A stretch of DNA of 32,000 nt from Candidatus Altimarinota bacterium. GTDB lineage: Bacteria; Patescibacteriota; Gracilibacteria; UBA1369. The first letter of the stretch is position 1; each line of letters opens with the position of its first letter. Of the stretch, positions 1 to 7,331 are shown piece after piece. The translations under genes were made by a program, and so were the position numbers. The stretch is from NCBI GenBank assembly GCA_041659405.1, contig JBAZYK010000007.1:57126-89125 (forward strand), in the 5' to 3' direction. A model generated the notes under the pieces. The model was not told the DNA's origin, ran no database searches, and saw only the letters and a program-made list of their open reading frames with translations.

Positions 1-162
1 GCCAATTTTAAGGTTGGCTCTAAGGTTTTCGGGTAATTCTTTTAATGGCCAAAAGATTCTTTCTTGGGAGCTTTGGATTTCCATTACAACAAAGTCACGA
101 TCGATTCCGGCGACCGTGACTTTTGTTGTTAATGATATTTTGTTTGAATCCAATAAATCCAT
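1..162 (-). CDS. Partial CDS (first 54 codons, runs off the window edge): small hypothetical protein, DUF3006-like
   Basis: Minus-strand ATG at 162, 23 nt after the hppA stop, open to position 1. My translation is MDLLDSNKISLTTKVTVAGIDRDFVVMEIQSSQERIFWPLKELPENLRANLKIG. The G-I-D-R-D-F-V-V-x-E ... LPE pattern resembles DUF3006-type small proteins (from memory). It is below the ORF-track length cut-off, and a plus-strand frame is also open here. Confidence 0.35.
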   Translation of the reverse strand, partial: MDLLDSNKISLTTKVTVAGIDRDFVVMEIQSSQERIFWPLKELPENLRANLKIG

Positions 163-185
163 TTTTATTTTTGAGTAATCTTGAT

Positions 186-2312
186 TTATTTAGTTACGAT
201 CATGGCAGCGATGATTGGCGCAATAAGTAACGCAATCGTGTTGATAACCTTAATTAAAGAGTTAATAGCTGGGCCGGCAGTGTCCTTGAAGGGATCACCA
301 ACAGTATCACCAACAACGGCAGCTTTGTGGGCATCCGATCCTTTTCCACCAAAGTGACCGCTTTCAATATATTTTTTAGCGTTATCCCAAGCGCCACCAC
401 CTGTACACATTTGAACGGCGAGAAGGAATCCCGAAAGAATAACTCCACCAAGTAAACCACCAAGAGCCAAAGGCCCAAGTACAAATCCAACAATTACAGG
501 ACTTAAAACGGCAAGTGAAGCAGGGAAGATCATTTGTTTTAATGCGGCTTTGGTTACAATGTCCACGCAACGGCCATATTCCGGCTTTTCTTTGCCTGTC
601 ATGATCCCTTTGATTTCACGGAACTGGCGACGAACTTCTTCAACTACTTTATAGGCAGTGATTCCTACTGATTCCATACAAGCGGATGCAAATAGGAAGG
701 GGAGTAATCCACCAAGGAAAAGTCCAATTAAAACGCGGTAATCGGCAATATCAAAAATGAATTTCCCCATTTGTGGAGCATGTGCACTTAATTCTTCTGT
801 ATAAGCCTGGAAGAGTACCAAGGCGGCAAGCGCAGCTGAACTGATGGCGTAACCTTTGGTAACGGCTTTAGTGGTGTTTCCAACTGCATCCAAAGCATCG
901 GTGTTTTTACGAACTTTTTCTGGAAGACCGGCCATTTCCGCAATACCACCGGCGTTATCTGTAATAGGGCCATAAGAATCAGTAGCAATAACCATTCCTG
1001 TTGTAGAGAGCATGGCAACAGCGGCAATCGCGATTCCATAAATTCCACCACTTGCACCAAGAGCTGAAATTGAACCAAAGTAGTAAGAAAGGAAAATTCC
1101 TACAACAATTAAAATTACCGGCAAGAAAGTGCTTTGTAAGCCAACTGCCAGGCCAATGATCACGTTTGTTCCGGCACCGGTTTCTGAAGCCTTGGCGATT
1201 TTTTTAACCGGAGAATAAGCGGTTGAAGTGTAGTATTCAGTGATGATGGTAATAAAGAAAGTGATACCAAGTCCCACCAAACCTGCATAGAAAATGTTGA
1301 TGTCACCAATGAATCCCTGAAATTTTATTCCTAAGTATGGGATATCCAGGCCTTGCGTTGCAACATAGAAACCGATTGCGGAAATAATACCGGTTACGAG
1401 CATTCCCTTATATAGGGCGCCCATGATGTTTTTCTTTTTACCAAGTTTAACAAAGAAAGTTCCAACAATAGAAGCAACAACGGCGATTGAACCAAGTGCC
1501 AAAGGATATTCAATTCCTGCTGAACCGATTTTGTCTAACAATGTGGAAGAAGCCAAGATCATGGCTGCAATCAAAGTAACGGCATATGTTTCAAAAAGAT
1601 CTGCTCCCATACCTGCGCAATCACCAACGTTATCACCAACGTTATCGGCAATTACAGCCGGATTTCTTGGATCGTCTTCCGGAATATTTTTTTCTACTTT
1701 TCCCACAATGTCCGCTCCAACATCTGCAGCTTTAGTGAAGATTCCTCCACCAATACGGGCAAATAATGAAATAAGTGAAGCACCAAAACCAAAACCGACC
1801 AAGAGTTTTGGAGTATCGCCAATGGAAACGCCCAAGACGTTTACGAAAAGATAATAAAATCCGCTGACACCAAGTAAAGCCAGGCCCACTACTGCAAGAC
1901 CTGTAACGGATCCGCCTTTGAAAGCTACGGAAAGAGCTTCTTGAAGACCTTTCTTAGCAGCTTCGGCTGTTCTGACATTGGCTCTAACGGAAACACTCAT
2001 ACCAATGTAACCGGCCAAACCGGAAAATAATGCTCCGGCGATAAAACTAACAGCTGTAAGTATATTGTCGTTGTGTTGACCTTTTGGTAGAACAAACGCC
2101 AAAACCAGGAAAATCACAATTGCGAATGGCAAAATCGTGATTGATTGTCGATTGAGGTAGGCCATTGCACCTTCCTGAATCGATTTACTGATTTCAATCA
2201 TTTTTTCGGAACCACGTGGTTTTTTCATTACGCTGACGACCAAAACGACAGCATATAAAAGAGCCAAGATGCTAATACCCATAGCGATCGTTGGGACGGA
2301 GAGAACGGGCAT
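186..2312 (-). CDS. hppA: Membrane-integral H+-translocating inorganic pyrophosphatase, K+-independent subtype
   Basis: 708-aa polytopic protein with canonical M-PPase motifs: [27 protein letters not shown] and [22 protein letters not shown]. The GNTTKA motif carries Lys rather than Ala at the K+-dependence position. Confidence 0.95.
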   Translation of the reverse strand: MPVLSVPTIAMGISILALLYAVVLVVSVMKKPRGSEKMIEISKSIQEGAMAYLNRQSITILPFAIVIFLVLAFVLPKGQHNDNILTAVSFIAGALFSGLAGYIGMSVSVRANVRTAEAAKKGLQEALSVAFKGGSVTGLAVVGLALLGVSGFYYLFVNVLGVSIGDTPKLLVGFGFGASLISLFARIGGGIFTKAADVGADIVGKVEKNIPEDDPRNPAVIADNVGDNVGDCAGMGADLFETYAVTLIAAMILASSTLLDKIGSAGIEYPLALGSIAVVASIVGTFFVKLGKKKNIMGALYKGMLVTGIISAIGFYVATQGLDIPYLGIKFQGFIGDINIFYAGLVGLGITFFITIITEYYTSTAYSPVKKIAKASETGAGTNVIIGLAVGLQSTFLPVILIVVGIFLSYYFGSISALGASGGIYGIAIAAVAMLSTTGMVIATDSYGPITDNAGGIAEMAGLPEKVRKNTDALDAVGNTTKAVTKGYAISSAALAALVLFQAYTEELSAHAPQMGKFIFDIADYRVLIGLFLGGLLPFLFASACMESVGITAYKVVEEVRRQFREIKGIMTGKEKPEYGRCVDIVTKAALKQMIFPASLAVLSPVIVGFVLGPLALGGLLGGVILSGFLLAVQMCTGGGAWDNAKKYIESGHFGGKGSDAHKAAVVGDTVGDPFKDTAGPAINSLIKVINTIALLIAPIIAAMIVTK

Positions 2313-2488
2313 AGGTTAGACGATTAAGAATTAAAAATTACGAATTTAGGGCTTTGACTTTTACAGTTGCATAGTTTAGCGCAACTTGTCATTTCTATAA
2401 AATCTTTCGTATTACTTTGATTTGATAATGTTGTGGATTTGTGGTTTTACTAGAGTTGTTCAAACAATTAACAATTAGTAATTAAGAA

Positions 2489-3364
2489 TTGATGATGATG
2501 GATCTTTCGATTGATTTTGGCGCTTCTACAATTGATGTGATTTATTGGGAAGGCTTAATAGAGAGAAAATTTCTGTGTATTAAAAGTTTTGAGCGTGCCG
2601 AGTTTTTTGGCGATCACGATTTAAAGAAGTTTTTTGAGCGTGCGGAAATCAATTTGAAGAAAATTGAGAAAATTTTTGTGACCGGAGGAAGAAGCCGACT
2701 TTATCCCGATAAAATTGGTGGGGTGCTTTTGGTTAAGATTTCGGAAATTGAGGCAATTGGAAGAGGTGGATATTATATGTGGAAAACAGATGAGGCATTT
2801 GGTAAACGGCAAAAATCCATAACTCAAAATTTTTTGGTTGTGAGTATGGGCACCGGGACTTGCATGGTTCAGGTTGAGGTTGATGAGAAAGGTTATGTTA
2901 AAAGTCAGCATGTGGGTGGGACCGGCGTTGGTGGCGGAACGTTTATGGGGCTTTCTAAATTACTGTTGGCCGAAAAAGATCCACAAAAATTGCAGAAACT
3001 TTTTAAGAATGGAAATAAAGATAAGGTGGACTTAAGTGTGAAAGATATTATAGGTAGTGGAATTGGTTTGGTTCCTGCGGACGCGACTGCTTCCAATTTG
3101 GGCAAACTGGCGCGTGAAGTTGATTTTAGTGATGCTGATTTGGCTTCCGGAATAGAAAATTTGATTGGTCAGACGATTGGGATTTTGGCTGTTTTTGCGG
3201 CGAAGGCTTCCGGCAGTTCCTGTATTTTGCTCACAGGTAAGCTAACAAGGATGAAAAGTATTGTTCGGATAATTCAGAAAATTGGGGGAATTTATCAGGT
3301 TCCCATCTTCTTGCCGACTGACGCCGCGTACGTTGGATCATTTGGAGCTGGATTTTTTGGCTAA
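2489..3364 (+). CDS. coaW: Type II pantothenate kinase (CoaW / Fumble family)
   Basis: ASKHA-fold signatures line up with S. aureus CoaW as I remember it: DFGASTIDV (phosphate-1), VSMGTGTCMV, HVGGTGVGGGTFMGLSKLLL, VDLSVKDIIG, ATASNLGK and a C-terminal GSFGAGFF. It sits next to panB/panC/coaBC. A TTG at 2489 is followed by three ATGs from 2492, so the exact start is uncertain. Confidence 0.78.
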   Translation: MMMMDLSIDFGASTIDVIYWEGLIERKFLCIKSFERAEFFGDHDLKKFFERAEINLKKIEKIFVTGGRSRLYPDKIGGVLLVKISEIEAIGRGGYYMWKTDEAFGKRQKSITQNFLVVSMGTGTCMVQVEVDEKGYVKSQHVGGTGVGGGTFMGLSKLLLAEKDPQKLQKLFKNGNKDKVDLSVKDIIGSGIGLVPADATASNLGKLAREVDFSDADLASGIENLIGQTIGILAVFAAKASGSSCILLTGKLTRMKSIVRIIQKIGGIYQVPIFLPTDAAYVGSFGAGFFG

Positions 3365-3406
3365 TACTTTATACAATGCGAATGTCTTTATAATTTTTTA
3401 TACACT

Positions 3407-4102
3407 ATGGAAAATCAAAATCATCAGGGTCATGAAAGTGGTACTCATCATAAGGCGGATGCCGGGAATTTCTTTAAAGATTTACCTCCAATTCCAAAAA
3501 TTGACTTTAAAAGTGTGAATTTAAAGAATCTTCAAAATGGTCTTGGTGATATTTTCGAGATGGTGAAAATGAATAAAGCTAAAATGCATGAAGTTGCAGG
3601 CCGTGAACATGAAGGTGTTGGCGTGGCTTTGGTTTATTTGCTGGTTGCTCAATTGGTTGCGTCTTTGGGTGGAGTTGTTTTTGGTTATCAAATTCCGCTT
3701 ATTGGTTCTTTTCATACATCTTTGGGACAAGCTTTGCTTAATTTTGTTTTGCAGGCTGTTTGTTCTGTAGTTGGGCTTTATTTTGTGCAATTTGTTGCTC
3801 AAAAGTTTGGTGGAAAAGGCTCATTTACGGGTTATTTTAGAGTAATGGGGTATCTTTCCGTTTTGAGCATTTTTGGATTTCTAACTTTCTTGCCAATTAT
3901 TGGAATGTTGGCCGGTTTGTGGATGTTGGTGCTTTCTTTTGTTGCACTTAAAGAAATTCATCAGCTTTCTAACGAGAAGACTGTGTTTACGTTTGTAATC
4001 GCATTTGTAGTAATTTTCGTAATTTCTGCAATACTTAGTAGTTTTGGGATGGGGTTTGGGGGAATGAATTATACCGGAAGTCGTGGATTTACTCTGAATT
4101 AG
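3407..4102 (+). CDS. Multi-pass membrane protein, tentatively Yip1-domain-like
   Basis: 231 aa. A polar His-rich N-terminus of about 70 aa is followed by about five hydrophobic helices (VGVALVYLLVAQLVASLGGVVFG, ALLNFVLQAVCSVVGLYFVQFVA, FRVMGYLSVLSIFGFLTFLPIIGMLAGLWMLVLSFVAL, VFTFVIAFVVIFVISAILSSF). This topology is typical of Yip1/DUF1282-type proteins. The family call is from pattern memory only. Confidence 0.55.
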   Translation: MENQNHQGHESGTHHKADAGNFFKDLPPIPKIDFKSVNLKNLQNGLGDIFEMVKMNKAKMHEVAGREHEGVGVALVYLLVAQLVASLGGVVFGYQIPLIGSFHTSLGQALLNFVLQAVCSVVGLYFVQFVAQKFGGKGSFTGYFRVMGYLSVLSIFGFLTFLPIIGMLAGLWMLVLSFVALKEIHQLSNEKTVFTFVIAFVVIFVISAILSSFGMGFGGMNYTGSRGFTLN

Positions 4103-4111
4103 TTTTTTGTT

Positions 4112-4945
4112 GTGGTAAAAATTGAGGATATTAAAGCGCTTAAGGGTAATCGTAAGCTGACAATGCTAACGGCTTATGATTATCCTACGGCCAAAATTTT
4201 AAGTCGTGCCGGCGTTGATATGCTGCTTGTTGGTGATTCACTTGGAATGGTGGTTTTGGGTTATCCGGATACAAAATCGGTAACATTGCAGGACATTGTG
4301 CGTCATGCGGGGGCGGTGGTGCGTGGAAACCTTGCAGCTGTTGCTGAGTCCAAAGTGCGGGAGCCAGATTCAGCGGCGCGGGATGCAGATGGAAATGTCG
4401 GTAGTTTTGTTGTTGCGGATATGCCGATTCACACAACAGATACAGTGGGGATGGCATTAAGAAATGCCCGTTATATTTTGGAGGAGACCGGCGTGGATGC
4501 TGTTAAAATTGAAGGTGATCCGCATATTGTAGAAGCTTTGGCCGGTGCCGGAATTGCGGTTATGGCTCATACGGGACTCAAACCTCAACAGGCGGAAAAA
4601 TATGGTCTTACCGGAAAGAGTTCAGATGAAGCTGAAGCGATTTTTGCGGAAGCGGTGGCTTTGGAAAAGGCTGGGGCGTTTGCTTTGGTTTTGGAATGTA
4701 TTCCAAGTGAGTTGGCAAAGAGGATAACCGGCGTGTTGAAAATTCCGACGATTGGAATTGGGGCAGGGAAAGATTGTGATGGTCAGGTTTTGGTGAGTAG
4801 TGATCTTTTGGGATTATATGATGATTTTAAGCCAAAATTTGTGCGCAGGTATGCTGATTTAGCGACGGAAATTTTTAATGCTACGAATCAGTTTAAAAAA
4901 GATACCGAAAATGGTACGTTTCCGGCGGAAAAGGAAAGTTTTTGA
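4112..4945 (+). CDS. panB: 3-methyl-2-oxobutanoate hydroxymethyltransferase (ketopantoate hydroxymethyltransferase)
   Basis: GTG start. Classic PanB motifs are present: KLTMLTAYDYPTAKIL, MLLVGDSLGMVVLGY, VKIEGD, HTGLKPQ, LVLECIPSELAKRIT and IPTIGIGAG. It carries a ~24-aa insertion relative to the canonical core (see findings). Confidence 0.95.
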   Translation: MVKIEDIKALKGNRKLTMLTAYDYPTAKILSRAGVDMLLVGDSLGMVVLGYPDTKSVTLQDIVRHAGAVVRGNLAAVAESKVREPDSAARDADGNVGSFVVADMPIHTTDTVGMALRNARYILEETGVDAVKIEGDPHIVEALAGAGIAVMAHTGLKPQQAEKYGLTGKSSDEAEAIFAEAVALEKAGAFALVLECIPSELAKRITGVLKIPTIGIGAGKDCDGQVLVSSDLLGLYDDFKPKFVRRYADLATEIFNATNQFKKDTENGTFPAEKESF

Positions 4946-4986
4946 GTTTGTACGAACAAAAAACTGCTTTTGATCATCATTCAAAT

Positions 4987-5883
4987 ATGGAAATAATTAC
5001 ATCCAGAAAGGCGATGCGGGTTTTGACTTCCGATCTTAAATCTAAGGGGCGGAAAATCGGTTTTGTGCCAACGATGGGCGCTTTGCATGAAGGGCATTTA
5101 AGTTTGGTGCATAAGGCTCGGGCAGAAAATGATGTTGTGGTTGTAAGTATTTTTGTGAACCCGACTCAGTTTTGTCCGAATGAAGATTTTGCCAAATATC
5201 CGCGCGATTTGGGGGCGGATCAGGCTTTACTTACGCCATTTGTTGATTATCTTTTTTATCCTTCAGTTGCGGAAATGTATGGGGAATCGCACGAAGAGTT
5301 CGTAGTAGGAAGTTCGTCGGGAAATGCGACCGGAAATTTTTTGAGTTTTGCAGTGGGGGATTTGGGAAAGTGTTTATGTGGCTTATCTCGGCCGCAGCAT
5401 TTTGAAGGAGTGGCTTTGGTTTTGAGTAAATTGTTAAATATTATTCAGCCTGATCGGGTTTATATGGGGCAAAAAGATTTTCAGCAAACGGTGGTGGTGA
5501 AGCATTTAATTGAAGAGCTTTTTTTTGAAACTGAATTGGTGGTTTGTCCAACAATTAGAGAGGAAAATGGTTTGGCCATGAGTTCCAGGAACGTTTATTT
5601 GACCGCAGAGGAAAGGGAAAAAGCGGCGTTTATTTATAGGGCGTTGCAGCAAGGAAAAAAGTTGGTTGAAAGTGGACAAAAGGATCCTAAAAAAATAATT
5701 GCCGGAGTGAAAGTTTTTTTAAGTGAGCATGGATTTGATAAGATTGATTATGTTGATTTGCGGAAGGGCAGTTCTTTGCAGGAAGTGTTGGAGGTCGAGA
5801 GTGAAAAAAATGGTAAAATTGTTTTGGCACTGGCGGTTTTTTTAGGGAAAACACGTTTGATTGATAACTTATTGATCTTTTAA
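4987..5883 (+). CDS. panC: Pantoate--beta-alanine ligase (pantothenate synthetase)
   Basis: GFVPTMGALHEGHLSLV (HxGH nucleotidyltransferase motif), VVSIFVNPTQF, RPQHFEGV, YMGQKDFQQ and MSSRN. The ORF track starts at TTG 4942. ATG 4987 (MEIITSRKAMRV...) aligns better with the N-terminus of known PanC proteins. Confidence 0.93.
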   Translation: MEIITSRKAMRVLTSDLKSKGRKIGFVPTMGALHEGHLSLVHKARAENDVVVVSIFVNPTQFCPNEDFAKYPRDLGADQALLTPFVDYLFYPSVAEMYGESHEEFVVGSSSGNATGNFLSFAVGDLGKCLCGLSRPQHFEGVALVLSKLLNIIQPDRVYMGQKDFQQTVVVKHLIEELFFETELVVCPTIREENGLAMSSRNVYLTAEEREKAAFIYRALQQGKKLVESGQKDPKKIIAGVKVFLSEHGFDKIDYVDLRKGSSLQEVLEVESEKNGKIVLALAVFLGKTRLIDNLLIF

Positions 5884-5892
5884 TGTCTGCGA

Positions 5893-7239
5893 ATGAAGTT
5901 GAAAAATAAGAAAATTTTGCTGGGGATCAGTGGCAGTATCGCCGCTTATAAAGCGCCGGAACTGGTCAGGCTTTTGCAAAAAAATGGAGCGGAAGTTACT
6001 GTGATTATGACGCAAAGTGCGCAAAAATTTGTGAGCGTTTTGGTGTTGGAAGCGTTGACTGGAAAGCCGGTTTTGAAGGATCTTTTTGAAGAAGGTTTTA
6101 AAAGTCACATCCATCCGATTCGGGAAGCAGATGTTTTGTTGATTGCGCCTGCGACTGCAAATTTGGTTGCGCGTTTGGCTTATGGCTTGGCGGATGATGT
6201 GGTGACTGCTGCGGCGTTGGCGGCCAAAATTCCGGTCTTGATTGCTCCGGCAATGAATACGGCTATGTGGGAAAACCCTTTGGTTCAGGAAAATATCCAA
6301 AAATTGCGAAAAGTTTATAGAGTGATTGATCCTGAGAATGGTTCACTGGCATGCGGAGAAGAAGGTGAAGGCAGGTTGGCGAATTTGGAGATGATTGTTG
6401 ATGAGGTGGTTCGGGCGATAACTCCTCAAGATTTACAGGGGCGGAAAGTTTTAATTACCGCAGGAGCAACCCGTGAATTTTTGGATCCGGTGCGATTTAT
6501 GTCCAATGGCTCAAGTGGGAAAATGGGCTTGGCTTTGGTCAAAGAAGCTTATTATCGCGGGGCGGAAGTTACGGTGATTGCGGCGAAAGTTGAAGTCGAT
6601 TTTCCTGCGTACATAAAATTGATTTCGGTTGAGTCTGCCGAGCAAATGTTGGAAGCGGTGGAAAAAGAATTTGGCGACAAAGCGAAGAATGCCGATAAAA
6701 ACGCTCGTGGGGTTGTTCAAAATTCCGGAACTTTTTTGGCGAAGGCTCCTGATATTTTCATTGCGGCGGCGGCAGTTGCCGATTATAAGTTTGCTGAAAA
6801 ATTCCCCAAAAAAATGAAGAAAAATGCAAAATCGGTTAGTTTGAAGATGATTCCGAATCCGGATATTTTGGAACGAGTTTTGGCTTGGCGGGAAAAAAAC
6901 ATAAAGAACTTAGGTTTGGGAAAAAAGTCTGGAACAGGCAGGAATGCTAAAAACTTAAATTCTTTTTTGGTTGTTGGTTTTGCTTTGGAAACGGCCACTT
7001 CAGATCAAAATTTAATAAAATTGGCGCAGCAGAAACTTTCCAGAAAAAAAGTTGATCTTTTGGTTGTTAATTCAGAAAAGGCGATTGGGTCCAATAAAGC
7101 GGAATTTTTGTTTTTAACGCCTGGGTCTAACATGCACAAAGTGCCTATTTATGCCGCGATAGTGAAAAAAGTTGGGTTTTCCTCCAAGGAAGATGTATCA
7201 CGCAATGTTTTTGACCATATAGTCAAATCCTTTTCATAA
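5893..7239 (+). CDS. coaBC: Bifunctional phosphopantothenoylcysteine decarboxylase / phosphopantothenate-cysteine ligase
   Basis: The N-terminal flavoprotein domain has KILLGISGSIAAYKAPELVRLL, VLLIAPATANLVARLAYGLADD and PAMNTAMW. The C-terminal CoaB domain has VLITAGATREFLDPVRFMSNGSSGKMG and AAAVADYK. Confidence 0.93.
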   Translation: MKLKNKKILLGISGSIAAYKAPELVRLLQKNGAEVTVIMTQSAQKFVSVLVLEALTGKPVLKDLFEEGFKSHIHPIREADVLLIAPATANLVARLAYGLADDVVTAAALAAKIPVLIAPAMNTAMWENPLVQENIQKLRKVYRVIDPENGSLACGEEGEGRLANLEMIVDEVVRAITPQDLQGRKVLITAGATREFLDPVRFMSNGSSGKMGLALVKEAYYRGAEVTVIAAKVEVDFPAYIKLISVESAEQMLEAVEKEFGDKAKNADKNARGVVQNSGTFLAKAPDIFIAAAAVADYKFAEKFPKKMKKNAKSVSLKMIPNPDILERVLAWREKNIKNLGLGKKSGTGRNAKNLNSFLVVGFALETATSDQNLIKLAQQKLSRKKVDLLVVNSEKAIGSNKAEFLFLTPGSNMHKVPIYAAIVKKVGFSSKEDVSRNVFDHIVKSFS

Positions 7240-7265
7240 AATTTGACTGTTCATGGGCGTTTTTT

Positions 7266-7296
7266 GGCTTTTGTGCATTATCAAAAGGGCTTTTTT
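7266..7296 (+). terminator. Weak candidate intrinsic terminator after coaBC
   Basis: GCTTTTG (7267-7273) / CAAAAG (7282-7287) forms an AU-rich stem with an 8-nt loop, followed by GGC and T6 (7291-7296). The stem is weak and overlaps the next promoter candidate. Confidence 0.3.
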
Positions 7297-7306
7297 CTGT
7301 TAAAAT
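7278..7306 (+). promoter_or_regulatory. Candidate sigma70-type promoter for the 707-aa gene
   Basis: TTATCA (7278-7283), 17 nt spacer, then TGtTAAAAT with an extended -10 (TAAAAT at 7301-7306). It lies 26 nt upstream of ATG 7332. Confidence 0.35.
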
Positions 7307-7331
7307 GATAAGAATATAAAAAACCCAGTTT

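Noticed and set aside
93-121. An imperfect inverted repeat (AGTCACGATCG-ATTCCGG-CGACCGTGACT) followed by TTTGTTGTT, which resembles a bidirectional terminator downstream of hppA.
   Set aside because: It lies inside a plausible minus-strand CDS (ATG at 162) that begins right after hppA. The stem has an internal mismatch. It was not called as a terminator, although attenuation cannot be excluded.
1423-1854. A 143-aa plus-strand ORF, plus smaller ORFs at 254-1078.
   Set aside because: They are entirely antisense to or overlapping the well-supported hppA gene. The low-complexity translations are typical shadow ORFs.
4942-4986. A TTG start for panC overlapping the panB stop.
   Set aside because: ATG 4987 gives an N-terminus matching known PanC proteins. 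The 15 extra codons have no counterpart. Translational coupling via TTG remains possible.
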